Of a stretch of DNA of 64,000 nt, positions 32,454-44,726 are shown piece after piece; the stretch's first letter is position 1, and each line of letters begins with the position of its first letter. Source of the stretch: Choristocarpus tenellus KU-1152 (lineage: Eukaryota > Protista > Phaeophyceae); NCBI GenBank assembly GCA_964200185.2, contig CAXNAD020000001.1, positions 56,358-120,357 of the forward strand. Direction: 5' to 3'. The position numbers and the translations under genes are program-made. Below the pieces are notes generated by a model. It was not told the DNA's origin. It saw only the letters and a list, made by a program, of their open reading frames with translations, and did no database searches.

Positions 32454-35400
32454 ATGGTCTTTGAACGTTTTACAGAGCGCGCGATACAAGCAGTAATGAG
32501 ATCACAAGAAGAAGCAAGACTTATTGGACATAATTTTGTTGGAACGGAGCAAATTTTATTAGGATTAATGCGTGAAAAAGAAGGTATAACATGCCGTAAT
32601 ATAATGAAATTTAATGTTAGTCTTAATGATTTAAGATTAGAGGTAGAAAGAATAATTGGCCGTGGAAAAGGGTTTATTTCTTTAGAGATTCCATTTACTC
32701 CAAGAGCCAAACGTCTTCTTGAAATGTCAGTAATACAATCAAAACAATTAAATCGTAGTTATGTAGCACCTGAGCATCTTCTTTTAGCAATACTGAATGA
32801 CCAAAGTAGTATTTGTATAAATATATTGCAAAATCTTGATGTCGATATTGCAAAATTAAAAAAAAATGTATTATTTGAATTAGGTGAAATAACTGATGGT
32901 TACAATTCAAATTATGAAAATAATGGTATTATTGATGCCGAAATCGTAGTTGATTATAATAATGATTATACTATGAATAATAGAAATATGAATCTTATTC
33001 AAGAACTTGAAGAAAATTTCAGTGATAATGAAGCTGAAGATGTTTTTATTAATGATAATATTCTTTTAGGGCGAAATAAAAAATTTACTGGAAATGAATA
33101 TGAATATGAGAACGAAACTAAACTAAATAGTGACAATGAAAGTGAAGATGATCTTAATGACAATAAACCGAAAAAAAAACGAATATCAATGTTAGATTTT
33201 ATATATGAAAAAAAAGATGAATATATTATAAAAAGTAAAAATCTTTTTTCTAAGAGATTTAGAAAAACTTTGAATTTCTTAGAGAGAAAAAATGACGATG
33301 AAAATGAATGGGAAGAAGAAAATAAAACAGATATTGAAAATTATCCTGGAACTGAAAGTGATAATTATGTTGAAAGTGATATTGAAAGTGATATTGAAAG
33401 TGATATTGAAAACGATATTGAAAACGAAAAAAATAATATAGAAAAAAATAGTGAAGATGACGATTATAAACCTAAAGATTTATTTTTATATAATGATTTT
33501 GATGAAGAAGTTTTTAATAATCCAAATTTACAAGAATTTACTAGTGATTTAACTGCTGATGCCAAAGCAGGAAAATTAGATCCAATGATCGGTAGAGAAA
33601 ATGAAATTGAACGTGTAATACAAATTTTAGGTCGTCGTCGAAAAAATAATCCTATTTTAATCGGCCCAGCTGGGGTAGGAAAAACAGCGGTAGCTGAAGG
33701 TTTAGCACAACAAATAATTGATAAAAAAGTACCAAGACAATTACATAATTATAAAATTATTGTTTTAGATATAACTTTATTACTTGCAGGAACAAAATAT
33801 CGAGGTGAATTTGAAGAAAGATTAAAATTAATTTTGGATGAAATGAAAAGTTTTCCAAATATAATTATTGTAATTGATGAAGTTCATACTTTAGTTGGTG
33901 CTGGATCTGCAGAAGGAGCTTTAGATGCTGCAAATATTTTAAAACCAGCCTTAGCTCGGGGTGAATTGCAATGTATAGGTGCAACAACAGTTGATGAATT
34001 TAGACAATATATCCAAAAAGATCCAGCTTTAGAACGTCGTTTTCAACCTGTTTGGGTAAATGAACCGAGTATTGAAGAAACCATAGCTATATTAAAAGGA
34101 CTTCGAATGAGTTATGAACATCATCATCAAGTAAAAATTGAAGATGAAGCAATAGAAGCAGCTGTAAAATTAGGTTCTCAGTATATAAATGACCGTTTTT
34201 TACCAGATAAAGCTATCGATTTAATTGATGAAGGAAGTTCAAGAGTAAGACATATTAATTGTAATTTACCTTTAGCGGTTCAAACTTTAGAAGGAGAATT
34301 ATCAAATATTATATCTAAAAAAGATAAATCTGTTCGTGAACAAAATTATGAAAAAGCGGAAATTTATAAAAAACAAGAAAAAACAACTCGTGGTCATATG
34401 GCTTCTATAATTCGAGTTCAAGCAGAAGATAGAGCAGAAGCAGGCATGCCAGATGGCGTGCTTGATACATTAAAAGTAGATGCAGATGATATTGCTGCTA
34501 TTGTAGCAGTTTGGACTGGTGTTCCAGTAACAAATATAACAGAAGATGAAAATAGTAGATTAATTGATTTAGAAAATCTACTTCATACAAGAATTATAGG
34601 TCAAAAAGAAGCCGTTAGTGCTATTGCTAGAGCTGTTCGACGAGCTCGATTAGGTATGCGTGATATGAATCGACCAATTGCAAGTTTCTTTTTTTCAGGA
34701 CCAACTGGAGTAGGTAAAACAGAATTAACAAAAACATTAGCATCTTTTTTCTTTGGAGCAGAAGATGCTATGGTACGTTTAGATATGTCTGAATATATGG
34801 AACGTCATACTGTAGCAAAATTAATTGGTTCACCTCCGGGATATGTTGGTTATAGTGAAGGTGGAATATTAACAGAAGCTGTAAGACGAAAACCCTATAC
34901 TCTTATTTTATTTGATGAAGTAGAAAAAGCTCATGCAGATATTTATAATTTATTATTACAAATTTTAGATGATGGTCGATTAACTGATTCACAAGGTCAT
35001 ACAGTAGATTTTACAAATACAATTATAATCATGACATCTAATTTAGGATCAACAGAAATTGATGAACAAGAAGTTCAACAAGAAGCTGAACAAAAAAATG
35101 AAAAAAGACGAGAAAAAGAAACAAAAAGACTTCTTGATGTATTAGATAAAAACCATGAAAAAAGAAATAATAATAATATTATTTCAAATTATGAGGAAGA
35201 TGAAAATCTAGAAAAAAATGAAGAAAAAAAATTAACACCATATGAACAGTTACGTGAAATTGTTATAAAAAGTTTAAAAAAATATTTTAGACCTGAATTT
35301 TTGAATCGTTTAGACGAAATTATTGTTTTTGAACAATTAACAAAAGAACATATAACGAAAATTGCTGATATTATGGTTAAAGATTTAATTAAACGTGTTC

Positions 35401-35855
35401 ATGAAGAAAAAAATATAACACTTAATTTAAGTGAGAAAATGATGAATCTTTTAGTTGAAGAAGGTTTCGATCCACAATATGGAGCTCGACCATTACGTCG
35501 AGCAATTGTTAAATTAATTGAAGATAATGTTTCTCTTGCTTTTTTAAGATATATGAAAGAAAAAGAAATGAAAAAAAATCCTGTTACTGTTAGTTTAGAT
35601 GTTGATTCAAAAAATCAAGTTAAAGTTCATATAATAGAAACTGTTATTCCTTCGATTGAAGAAAAAGATAAAAATATAGAAAGAGAAAAAGAACAGAAAA
35701 AAAATAATTATGTTAAACCAGTATTATCATCAGATGATATTCAAAGAATTATACGAGCTGCTGCTGATAAAGGAATTAAGAGATTAGAAAAAGAAAAACT
35801 AGAAAAAAAACGATTAGAAAATAAAGAACAAAAAATTAAAAATAATTTTTTATAA
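32454..35855 (+). CDS. clpC: Clp/Hsp100 ATPase ClpC, enlarged
   Basis: Clp-N repeats ([16 protein letters not shown]); Walker A motifs GPAGVGKT and GPTGVGKT; GARPLRR. Confidence 0.96.
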   Translation: MVFERFTERAIQAVMRSQEEARLIGHNFVGTEQILLGLMREKEGITCRNIMKFNVSLNDLRLEVERIIGRGKGFISLEIPFTPRAKRLLEMSVIQSKQLNRSYVAPEHLLLAILNDQSSICINILQNLDVDIAKLKKNVLFELGEITDGYNSNYENNGIIDAEIVVDYNNDYTMNNRNMNLIQELEENFSDNEAEDVFINDNILLGRNKKFTGNEYEYENETKLNSDNESEDDLNDNKPKKKRISMLDFIYEKKDEYIIKSKNLFSKRFRKTLNFLERKNDDENEWEEENKTDIENYPGTESDNYVESDIESDIESDIENDIENEKNNIEKNSEDDDYKPKDLFLYNDFDEEVFNNPNLQEFTSDLTADAKAGKLDPMIGRENEIERVIQILGRRRKNNPILIGPAGVGKTAVAEGLAQQIIDKKVPRQLHNYKIIVLDITLLLAGTKYRGEFEERLKLILDEMKSFPNIIIVIDEVHTLVGAGSAEGALDAANILKPALARGELQCIGATTVDEFRQYIQKDPALERRFQPVWVNEPSIEETIAILKGLRMSYEHHHQVKIEDEAIEAAVKLGSQYINDRFLPDKAIDLIDEGSSRVRHINCNLPLAVQTLEGELSNIISKKDKSVREQNYEKAEIYKKQEKTTRGHMASIIRVQAEDRAEAGMPDGVLDTLKVDADDIAAIVAVWTGVPVTNITEDENSRLIDLENLLHTRIIGQKEAVSAIARAVRRARLGMRDMNRPIASFFFSGPTGVGKTELTKTLASFFFGAEDAMVRLDMSEYMERHTVAKLIGSPPGYVGYSEGGILTEAVRRKPYTLILFDEVEKAHADIYNLLLQILDDGRLTDSQGHTVDFTNTIIIMTSNLGSTEIDEQEVQQEAEQKNEKRREKETKRLLDVLDKNHEKRNNNNIISNYEEDENLEKNEEKKLTPYEQLREIVIKSLKKYFRPEFLNRLDEIIVFEQLTKEHITKIADIMVKDLIKRVHEEKNITLNLSEKMMNLLVEEGFDPQYGARPLRRAIVKLIEDNVSLAFLRYMKEKEMKKNPVTVSLDVDSKNQVKVHIIETVIPSIEEKDKNIEREKEQKKNNYVKPVLSSDDIQRIIRAAADKGIKRLEKEKLEKKRLENKEQKIKNNFL
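33353..33428 (+). repeat. 12-bp in-frame tandem repeat (ESDI/ENDI) in the clpC linker
   Basis: gaaagtgatatt x3 followed by gaaaacgatatt variants. Confidence 0.85.
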
Positions 35856-35964
35856 ATTTAAAATTATTTAATAATTCGATTATATATATAATATACATAT
35901 TACTATAATATTATTTTCATATTTTTCTTAAATAGATATTCTATTAAATACAAATTAATTAAAT

Positions 35965-36174
35965 ATGGCTAAAAGTAAAAATGTTCGAATTATTATAAAT
36001 ATGAAATGTACAAATTGTAAAAAAATTAACCATAATAATTTAACTATAACTAAAATTTCAAAAAGTACTCAGTATACAACAACAAAAAATCGTCAAAATA
36101 ATCCGGAACGATTAAAATTAAAAAAATTTTGTGCACATTGTAATTCTCATACTTTATATCAAGAAATAAAATAA
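35965..36174 (+). CDS. rpl33: 50S ribosomal protein L33
   Basis: CTNC...YTTTKNRQNNPERLKLKKFCAHC. Confidence 0.96.
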   Translation: MAKSKNVRIIINMKCTNCKKINHNNLTITKISKSTQYTTTKNRQNNPERLKLKKFCAHCNSHTLYQEIK

Positions 36175-36181
36175 TAAATTT

Positions 36182-36451
36182 ATGAATAAATCAAAACGTC
36201 CTACTTCTTCGATTAAACCAACAGATATTATTGATTATAATCAAACAGATATTTTATTATCTTTTTTAACCGAACAAGGCAAAATAAAATCACGTTATTT
36301 AACTCATTTAACGTTAAAACAACAACGACAATTATCAAAATCGATTAAACGGGCTCGCATGATAAATTTATTACCATTTAAATTTAATAAAAATTGGATT
36401 AAATCTAATAAAAATTCAATTAAGAAAAATAATACTTATTTAAAAAAATAA
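36182..36451 (+). CDS. rps18: 30S ribosomal protein S18
   Basis: IDY...FLTEQGKI...KQQRQLSKSIKRAR. Confidence 0.94.
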   Translation: MNKSKRPTSSIKPTDIIDYNQTDILLSFLTEQGKIKSRYLTHLTLKQQRQLSKSIKRARMINLLPFKFNKNWIKSNKNSIKKNNTYLKK

Positions 36452-36552
36452 TAACAATTAAATCAAATTATTAGTATATATAGTTAATATAACTAATTAA
36501 ATTATTTATTAAAGAAACTAATATATTTTATTATATATACGATAAAAATACT

Positions 36553-37062
36553 ATGAGTCGGTCACAACGAAATGATAATTTTATCGATAAAACTTTTACG
36601 ATAATGGCAGATCTTATTTTAAAGACTTTTCCTGCAAGTAAAGAAGAAAAACAAGCTTTTTATTATTATAAAGATGGTCTTTCGGCACAATTAGAAGGAG
36701 AATATGCGGAAGCTTTAGAAAATTATTATGAAGCTTTACAAATTGAAGAAGATTATAAAGATCGTAGTTTCATTCTTTATAATGTTGGATTAATTTATGC
36801 AAATAATGGAGAATATTTAAAAGCTTTAGAATATTATCATCAAGCAATAGAATTAAATTCAAATTTACCTCAAGCTTTAAATAATATTGCTGTAATTTAT
36901 CATTTTCAAGGAGTTAAAGCTTCTGAAAAACAAAATTTTAATATTGCTAAAATATTATTTATTAAAGCTTCTAATTATTGGAAACAAGCTATTAATTTAG
37001 CTCCCGATAATTATATTACAGCTCAAAATTGGCTTCAAACAACAATGCGATTTTCTTTTTAA
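36553..37062 (+). CDS. ycf3: PSI assembly TPR protein Ycf3
   Basis: [28 protein letters not shown]. Confidence 0.97.
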   Translation: MSRSQRNDNFIDKTFTIMADLILKTFPASKEEKQAFYYYKDGLSAQLEGEYAEALENYYEALQIEEDYKDRSFILYNVGLIYANNGEYLKALEYYHQAIELNSNLPQALNNIAVIYHFQGVKASEKQNFNIAKILFIKASNYWKQAINLAPDNYITAQNWLQTTMRFSF

Positions 37063-37131
37063 TTAATAATATTATTATATAATTGAAATTTATTAATTTT
37101 TTTTTTTTCAGTATAGTAATATTTTATTTAA

Positions 37132-38607
<1,476 letters not shown>

Positions 38608-38618
38608 GAAATTTTTCA

Positions 38619-39020
38619 ATGAGTTTAAATATTCGTGTAATTGCTCCCAATGGTTTAATTTGGGATACAGAAGTCGATGAAGTAGTTTTACCTAGTTTAA
38701 CAGGTCAAATAGGTATATTACCTGGTCATGCACCTTTAATTACTGCTCTTGAAATTGGAATTTTAAGAATTAAAGTAAATTTATCTTGGACACCTATTAT
38801 TGTTTTAGGTGGATTTGCTGTCATTAAAAAGAATGAAGTTATTGTTCTAATAAGTGGGGTGGAAAAAATAAATAAAAAAGATTATAATCAAGCAAATGAA
38901 TTACTAGAACAAGCAACTAAAAACTTAGAACAAGCAAAAACAATTAAAGAAAAAATTGAAGCATCACAAGATATAAAAAGAGCATCTTCAAGATTACAAG
39001 CTTTTCAATTTTTAGAATAA
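38619..39020 (+). CDS. atpE: ATP synthase CF1 epsilon
   Basis: GQIGILPGHAPLITAL; follows atpB. Confidence 0.97.
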   Translation: MSLNIRVIAPNGLIWDTEVDEVVLPSLTGQIGILPGHAPLITALEIGILRIKVNLSWTPIIVLGGFAVIKKNEVIVLISGVEKINKKDYNQANELLEQATKNLEQAKTIKEKIEASQDIKRASSRLQAFQFLE

Positions 39021-39057
39021 TTAATCCTAATAATAAAATAATAATGAGATATTTAAT

Positions 39058-39861
39058 ATGATACAAAAAATTTCTAAATTAAATTTTTCATTTTTTTCAA
39101 TTTATCCTTTTTCAAATATGGTTTTTGTAACAAAATCATTATTTGAATTATATTCGACTGAACATTTTAATGAATTTCGACAAAGATTTTTTCATACTTT
39201 AATTTTTTTTTTTTTAAGTTTTTTAATATTATTTGCTAATATTAAATTAATAGTTCAAATTTTAGAAAATCCAGTTTTAAATGTAAAATTTTTTCAATTT
39301 TCACCTGGAGAATATTTTTTATCTACACTTAAAATTTCATTTTCTAGTGGTTTATTATTTTTAATTCCTTTTTTATTAAATCAAATTCTTTTTTTTTTTT
39401 TTCCTGCTCTAGATGAAAAACAAAAAAAAATTCTTTTTATATTATTTATTAATTCTATTTTATTATTTTTAGGAAGTTTATTTTTTTCATATTTTTTATT
39501 AATTCCAGCTGCTTTAAATTTTTTTATTAATTATAGTATTGATGTAATCGAACCTTTATGGTCATTTGAACCTTATTTTGAATTTGTTTCTTCTTTATTT
39601 TTAAGTACTGGATTAGTTTTTCAAATTCCAATAATATTAATTGTATTAAGTTTATCAAAATTAATTAATCCAACAATAATATTTAATTATTGGCGTTTTA
39701 TGTTATTTTTTTCTACTCTTTTAGGAGCAATTTTAACACCTTCTGCAGACCCAGTTACACAATTAATATTATCGGTAGCTTTATTTTTTTTATATATTTC
39801 TGGTAGTCTTATATCGATTTTTTTATTAAAAAAAAATTATGAATTACAATTAAAATTATAA
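39058..39861 (+). CDS. tatC: Twin-arginine translocase TatC (start codon uncertain)
   Basis: EHFNEFRQR, SPGEYF, FQIP, GAILTPSADPVTQ. Confidence 0.94.
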   Translation: MIQKISKLNFSFFSIYPFSNMVFVTKSLFELYSTEHFNEFRQRFFHTLIFFFLSFLILFANIKLIVQILENPVLNVKFFQFSPGEYFLSTLKISFSSGLLFLIPFLLNQILFFFFPALDEKQKKILFILFINSILLFLGSLFFSYFLLIPAALNFFINYSIDVIEPLWSFEPYFEFVSSLFLSTGLVFQIPIILIVLSLSKLINPTIIFNYWRFMLFFSTLLGAILTPSADPVTQLILSVALFFLYISGSLISIFLLKKNYELQLKL

Positions 39862-39923
39862 ATTTCTTATTTTAATCTTTTTATCAAATATTATTAAAAT
39901 TTTTATATTTTCCAAATTTCAAA

Positions 39924-40883
39924 ATGGAAACTTTGAATCATACGACTATTAAAAAAATAAAAACATTTATTTTAATTTTAAGTATTATAATCAGTCAATC
40001 AATAATATTTATTAATAATTCAGAAGCATATCCAATTTATGCACAACAAGCTTATACAAATCCTCGCGCAGCAAATGGTCGTATAGCTTGCGCAAATTGT
40101 CATTTAGCAGAAAAAGCAGTTGAAATAGAAACACCTCAAGCTATTTTACCAAATACTGTTTTCGAAGCAACAATCAAAATTCCTTATAACAAAACTGCTA
40201 AACAAATTTTATCTAATGGTCAATTAGGTAATCTAAATGTAGGTGCAGTTGTAATTTTGCCCGAAGGTTTTAAATTAGCACCTAAAAATCAAATTTCTAA
40301 AGAAATTCAACAAAAAAATAAAGGTGTTTTTATTTCTCCTTATAGTTCAACACAAGAAAATATTTTAGTTGTTGGACCTATATCTGGTGATCAACACCAA
40401 GAAATTATTTTTCCTATTTTATCGCCAGATCCTGAAACAAATAAAAAAGTTAATTTTTTAAAATATCCTATTTATGTAGGAGCGAACCGAGGAAGAGGAC
40501 AAATTTATCCTACAGGTGAAAAAAGTAATAATAATATAATTACTTCTTCTTTAAATGGTCAAATTTTAACAATTCAAACATCAGAAAAAGGAGAAAAAGT
40601 TTTAAATTTATTAAATTCTGAAGGACAAGAAATGAAACAAGTTATTCCGAAAGGATTAACATTAATTGTTTCAGAAAAAGATATTATTAAAATTGATCAA
40701 CCATTAACAAAAGATCCTAATGTTGGTGGTTTTGGGCAAACGGATAAAGAAATTGTTTTACAAAATTCTAATCGAGTTATTGGTTTTATTTTATTTTCTT
40801 TTTCTGTTTTACTTACCCAAATTTTCTTTGTACTTAAGAAAAAACAATTTGAAAAAGTTCAACTTGCCGATTTTGAATTCTAA
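39924..40883 (+). CDS. petA: Apocytochrome f
   Basis: YPIYAQQ...CANCHLA, PNVGGFGQ, KKKQFEKVQ. Confidence 0.98.
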   Translation: METLNHTTIKKIKTFILILSIIISQSIIFINNSEAYPIYAQQAYTNPRAANGRIACANCHLAEKAVEIETPQAILPNTVFEATIKIPYNKTAKQILSNGQLGNLNVGAVVILPEGFKLAPKNQISKEIQQKNKGVFISPYSSTQENILVVGPISGDQHQEIIFPILSPDPETNKKVNFLKYPIYVGANRGRGQIYPTGEKSNNNIITSSLNGQILTIQTSEKGEKVLNLLNSEGQEMKQVIPKGLTLIVSEKDIIKIDQPLTKDPNVGGFGQTDKEIVLQNSNRVIGFILFSFSVLLTQIFFVLKKKQFEKVQLADFEF

Positions 40884-40947
40884 AAAACTAGAAAACAAAT
40901 TATTTATAATATTTAATTTGTTTTTTATTTTTTAATATATAATAAAC

Positions 40948-41093
40948 AAGGGCGAAAATTGTTTTACCTTTTTTGAAAATAAAACTAGAATGGTTAAGAT
41001 TTTGGATTCCAACTCAATATAATATAAGTTCGCGTTATTATTAATACTATATTATTAAATAAATTTGAGAATAAAATCTTTTTCATCGCCCTT
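40948..41093. ncRNA. Candidate structured RNA, family unassigned
   Basis: Four nested helices: aagggcga/tcgccctt, aagatttt/aaaatctt, ctcaa/ttgag, ataatata/tatattat. Confidence 0.35.
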
Positions 41094-41207
41094 TTCTTAA
41101 TATTTTATCCAAATATAGTATATTTTATAAATAATAATCTTAATTTAGATTTTAATTTTCAATCTCATTAATTTAGAATTAATTAAATATTTCATAATCT
41201 TAAAAAA

Positions 41208-43007
41208 ATGATAAATACTCAAATACCTCCAAAAAAAAATTTACTTGTTAATAATAATTATATGTCTATTAATGATAGATATAATAAAAACGATGTAACA
41301 ATACAAAAAGATTCACAAGAAACAATACTTGCACCTCGTTTTTATACGACAGATTTTGAAGAAATGGCAAATTTAAATATTGAATCTAATAAACTAGAAC
41401 TTCAAGCTGTTTTAAGAGAATTTGAATTTGATTATAATAAAGATCATTTTGTGCGAGATAAAGAATTTAAAAAACCTTGGTTAAATATTTTTGATTATGA
41501 GACTAGAAGATTATTTATAGGTTTTTTACAGCGCTCATGTACAGCTGAATTTTCTGGATTTTTGCTTTATAAAGAATTATCAAGAGCTTTAAGAGAAAAA
41601 AATCCCTTACTAGCAGATGGATTTGCATATATGTCACGTGATGAAGCAAGACATGCAGGTTTTTTAAATAAATCGATGTCTGATTTTAATGTAACACTTG
41701 ATTTAGGCTTTTTAACTAAAAACCGAAAATATACTTTTTTTCCCGTAAAATTTATATTATATGCAACTTTTTTATCTGAAAGAATTGGTTATTGTCGTTA
41801 TATAACAATTTATCGTCATTTAGAAAAAAATTCTAAATATCGTATTTATCCAATTTTTAAGTTTTTTGAATCTTGGTGCCAAGATGAAAATCGTCATGCA
41901 GATTTTTTTGCTGCAGTTTTGCGATCACAACCACATTTACTTACAACTTTAGAATCAAAACTTTGGTGTAGATTTTTTTTATTGTCTGTTTTTATTACAA
42001 TGTATATCAATGATTTACAAAGAGCAAATTTTTATGCAACTATTGGTTTAGATGCAATAAAATTTGATGTCTTTGTTATTAAAAAAACTAATGAATTTTC
42101 AGGACGATTATTTCCAGTTATTTTAGATTTAAAGCATCCAAAATTTTATACTTATTTAAATAGATTAGTAAAAATAAATAAAGAATTATTAGAAATTGAT
42201 TTACTTAAAAAATATTTTAATGATAGTTTTAAATATATAAATTATATTTTTTTAAATTCAATTCCAAAAAATAATAATAAAATAAATAATTTGAAAAATT
42301 ATTTTCCTGCTATTTTTTTAATATATTTAGAAAATTGTTTAGGAAAAAAATTAACTGAAAAATTCATTAATAAATTTTCTATCACATTTTCTAAAAAATT
42401 AAATGATAATTTAGAAAATGATTTTGATATAAAATCAAACCGTTTAAATTTACGAAAATCAAAAGAAGAAAAACGAATAGAATTATCGGACAAATTAATG
42501 GATTGTTTACATATAACATTAAATGAAGTTTTTACAAATAATTCTATTAATGAAATAATAAGTGAGCTAAACAAGGATGTTAGTTTTGATTTAAGTGAAA
42601 AATTATCGCAAATTTTGTTAGGTAAATTAAAATTTGATCTTAAGGATACGAATAATTTACCACAAAATTTAAATCAAAAAATACAAGATGATATTCTTTC
42701 TTCATATTTTCGTAATGTTTATATGAAATTTATAATAATGAAAAATCAATACATTATAAACCAATTAAAAAAAGAATTTTCAATAATCTTAGAAAATGAA
42801 CTTGTTAAAATTATTCCTACCAAATTTGGTAATTCAATAAAACAATTAAATTTATATAATAATAAAAATAAATTTTTTGAAAACATTTCTATTGAACTTC
42901 AGAAAAATTTATCAACTAATTTGTTAGTTTTACTAAAAAATAATAACATTATTGAAACAGAAAAAAATACTGAAATAATAACTATTTTTAATAAAATTTT
43001 TAATTAA
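41208..43007 (+). CDS. acsF: Mg-protoporphyrin IX monomethyl ester cyclase: catalytic part plus ~270 aa foreign tail
   Basis: [25 protein letters not shown], and DEARH / DENRH di-iron motifs. Confidence 0.93.
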   Translation: MINTQIPPKKNLLVNNNYMSINDRYNKNDVTIQKDSQETILAPRFYTTDFEEMANLNIESNKLELQAVLREFEFDYNKDHFVRDKEFKKPWLNIFDYETRRLFIGFLQRSCTAEFSGFLLYKELSRALREKNPLLADGFAYMSRDEARHAGFLNKSMSDFNVTLDLGFLTKNRKYTFFPVKFILYATFLSERIGYCRYITIYRHLEKNSKYRIYPIFKFFESWCQDENRHADFFAAVLRSQPHLLTTLESKLWCRFFLLSVFITMYINDLQRANFYATIGLDAIKFDVFVIKKTNEFSGRLFPVILDLKHPKFYTYLNRLVKINKELLEIDLLKKYFNDSFKYINYIFLNSIPKNNNKINNLKNYFPAIFLIYLENCLGKKLTEKFINKFSITFSKKLNDNLENDFDIKSNRLNLRKSKEEKRIELSDKLMDCLHITLNEVFTNNSINEIISELNKDVSFDLSEKLSQILLGKLKFDLKDTNNLPQNLNQKIQDDILSSYFRNVYMKFIIMKNQYIINQLKKEFSIILENELVKIIPTKFGNSIKQLNLYNNKNKFFENISIELQKNLSTNLLVLLKNNNIIETEKNTEIITIFNKIFN

Positions 43008-43113
43008 CGAAAAAATTAATATTATTAACTTTTTCGTTAAAATACTAACAAATAAAAAAATTTAATTAATTAGATAATATTACTAATAAATAAAAATCTA
43101 TATTACCAATAAT

Positions 43114-43428
43114 ATGATGCAAGAAAAAAACAATCCCTTTCAACAAATATCTAATAATTTAGTAGATGAACAAAATTTATATAATTTATTTAATCAATTA
43201 ATACAAAATGAAAAAATCTCTGTTCCTTATTCTAATAATTCTACTGTGATTAAAAATAATCTAATATTAGCTTTAATTACAATACGAATATCAATAATTA
43301 AAGTTTTTTTTTCATTTTTATTTGTTTTAATTAAAGTACCAAATTATTTAAATATACTTATTACTTTAATTAAACTTTTTTTACTAAAACCTATCGATTC
43401 ACAAAAAACATGGAATAAAATATTATAA
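43114..43428 (+). CDS. Separate ORF ending in an AcsF-like C-terminus
   Basis: KVPNYLNILITLIKLFLLKPIDSQ resembles the terminal K-x-P...L-x-L-Y/F-L-x-K-P-I-D segment of AcsF. Confidence 0.6.
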   Translation: MMQEKNNPFQQISNNLVDEQNLYNLFNQLIQNEKISVPYSNNSTVIKNNLILALITIRISIIKVFFSFLFVLIKVPNYLNILITLIKLFLLKPIDSQKTWNKIL

Positions 43429-43488
43429 TATTAATTTCATGTTATACTATATAATAAAAATTTTTTAATATAAATTTAATAATTATTT

Positions 43489-44088
43489 ATGATATCAAAA
43501 ATTCAAATAGGTAAAATGGCTCCGGATTTTGAAGCGACAGCTGTGTTTGATCAAGATTTTTGTAAAATTAAATTATCTGATTATCGTAAAAAAAAATATG
43601 TTATTTTGTTTTTTTATCCATTAGATTTTACATTTGTTTGTCCTACTGAAATAACGGCGTTTAGTGATCGTTTCAATGATTTTTTTGTATTAAATACTGA
43701 AATTTTAGGAATTTCAGTAGATAGTGAATATTCCCATTTAGCATGGCTTCAAACTAGTCGAGAAACCGGGGGATTAGGAGATTTAAATTATCCTTTAATT
43801 TCAGATTTAACTAAAAAAATTAGTTCTTCATATGAAGTATTAATTGATTCAGGAATTGCTTTAAGAGGTTTATTTATTATAGATAAAGAAGGAATCATAC
43901 AGTATTCAACAATCAATAATCTAGATTTTGGTAGAAATGTTGATGAAGTGCTTCGAGTATTACAAGCTATCCAATATGTTCAAGAAAATCCAGATGAAGT
44001 TTGCCCAGCAAATTGGAAACCAGGAGAACAAACAATTAAAGCTAATCCATTAGAAGCAAAAGATTTTTTTGCTTCTTCAAATGAATAA
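43489..44088 (+). CDS. ycf42: 2-Cys peroxiredoxin (Ycf42/Bas1)
   Basis: [24 protein letters not shown]. Confidence 0.96.
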   Translation: MISKIQIGKMAPDFEATAVFDQDFCKIKLSDYRKKKYVILFFYPLDFTFVCPTEITAFSDRFNDFFVLNTEILGISVDSEYSHLAWLQTSRETGGLGDLNYPLISDLTKKISSSYEVLIDSGIALRGLFIIDKEGIIQYSTINNLDFGRNVDEVLRVLQAIQYVQENPDEVCPANWKPGEQTIKANPLEAKDFFASSNE

Positions 44089-44122
44089 AAAATTAATCGA
44101 AATTTTTAATTTTATTTAAATT

Positions 44123-44317
44123 ATGCCAAAACTTAAAATTTGTAAAGCTGCTAAAAAACGTTATAGACCTAAAAAAGGAAAAATATTTTTAAGACGAAAA
44201 GCTTTTAAAGGACATCTTTTAGAAAAAAAATCATCAAAACAAAAAAGAAATTTAACAAATACAATAATTGTAAATAAAGCAGATACTAAAGCAATTAGAC
44301 GAATGTTAGTCTGTTAA
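44123..44317 (+). CDS. rpl35: 50S ribosomal protein L35
   Basis: MPKLK..KAAKKRY, AFKGHLLEKKSSKQKR. Confidence 0.96.
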   Translation: MPKLKICKAAKKRYRPKKGKIFLRRKAFKGHLLEKKSSKQKRNLTNTIIVNKADTKAIRRMLVC

Positions 44318-44344
44318 AAAAACTTTAAAAATTAAACTATATTT

Positions 44345-44689
44345 ATGGTTAGAATTAAACGTGGAAATGTTGCTCGAAAACGGAGAAAACGTATATTAAA
44401 TTTAGCTAGAGGATTTCGTGGCGCCCATTCAAGTTTATTTAGAATAGCAAATCAACAAATTATAAAAAGTTTGTTATATGCTTATATCGGTAGAAAAAAA
44501 AAAAAAAGACAATTTCGTCAATTATGGATTACACGTATTAATGCAACAGTTCGAAAATATAATATGAATTATAGTAAATTTATTTTTAGTTTAAAAAAAT
44601 CAAAAATTTTATTAAATCGAAAAATGTTATCACAATTAGCAATATTAGATCCTACGGGATTTTCTAAATTAGTAAAAATAATTACTTGA
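44345..44689 (+). CDS. rpl20: 50S ribosomal protein L20
   Basis: [25 protein letters not shown]. Confidence 0.98.
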   Translation: MVRIKRGNVARKRRKRILNLARGFRGAHSSLFRIANQQIIKSLLYAYIGRKKKKRQFRQLWITRINATVRKYNMNYSKFIFSLKKSKILLNRKMLSQLAILDPTGFSKLVKIIT

Positions 44690-44726
44690 AAGTAAATCTA
44701 ATATTTTTAAACTTTTAAAAAATAAA

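Noticed and set aside
40948-41093. tmRNA (ssrA), RNase P RNA or tRNA identity for the petA-acsF structure
   Set aside because: No T-arm next to the acceptor-like stem, no tag ORF and no GAGGAAAGTCC motif. Kept only as an unassigned candidate.
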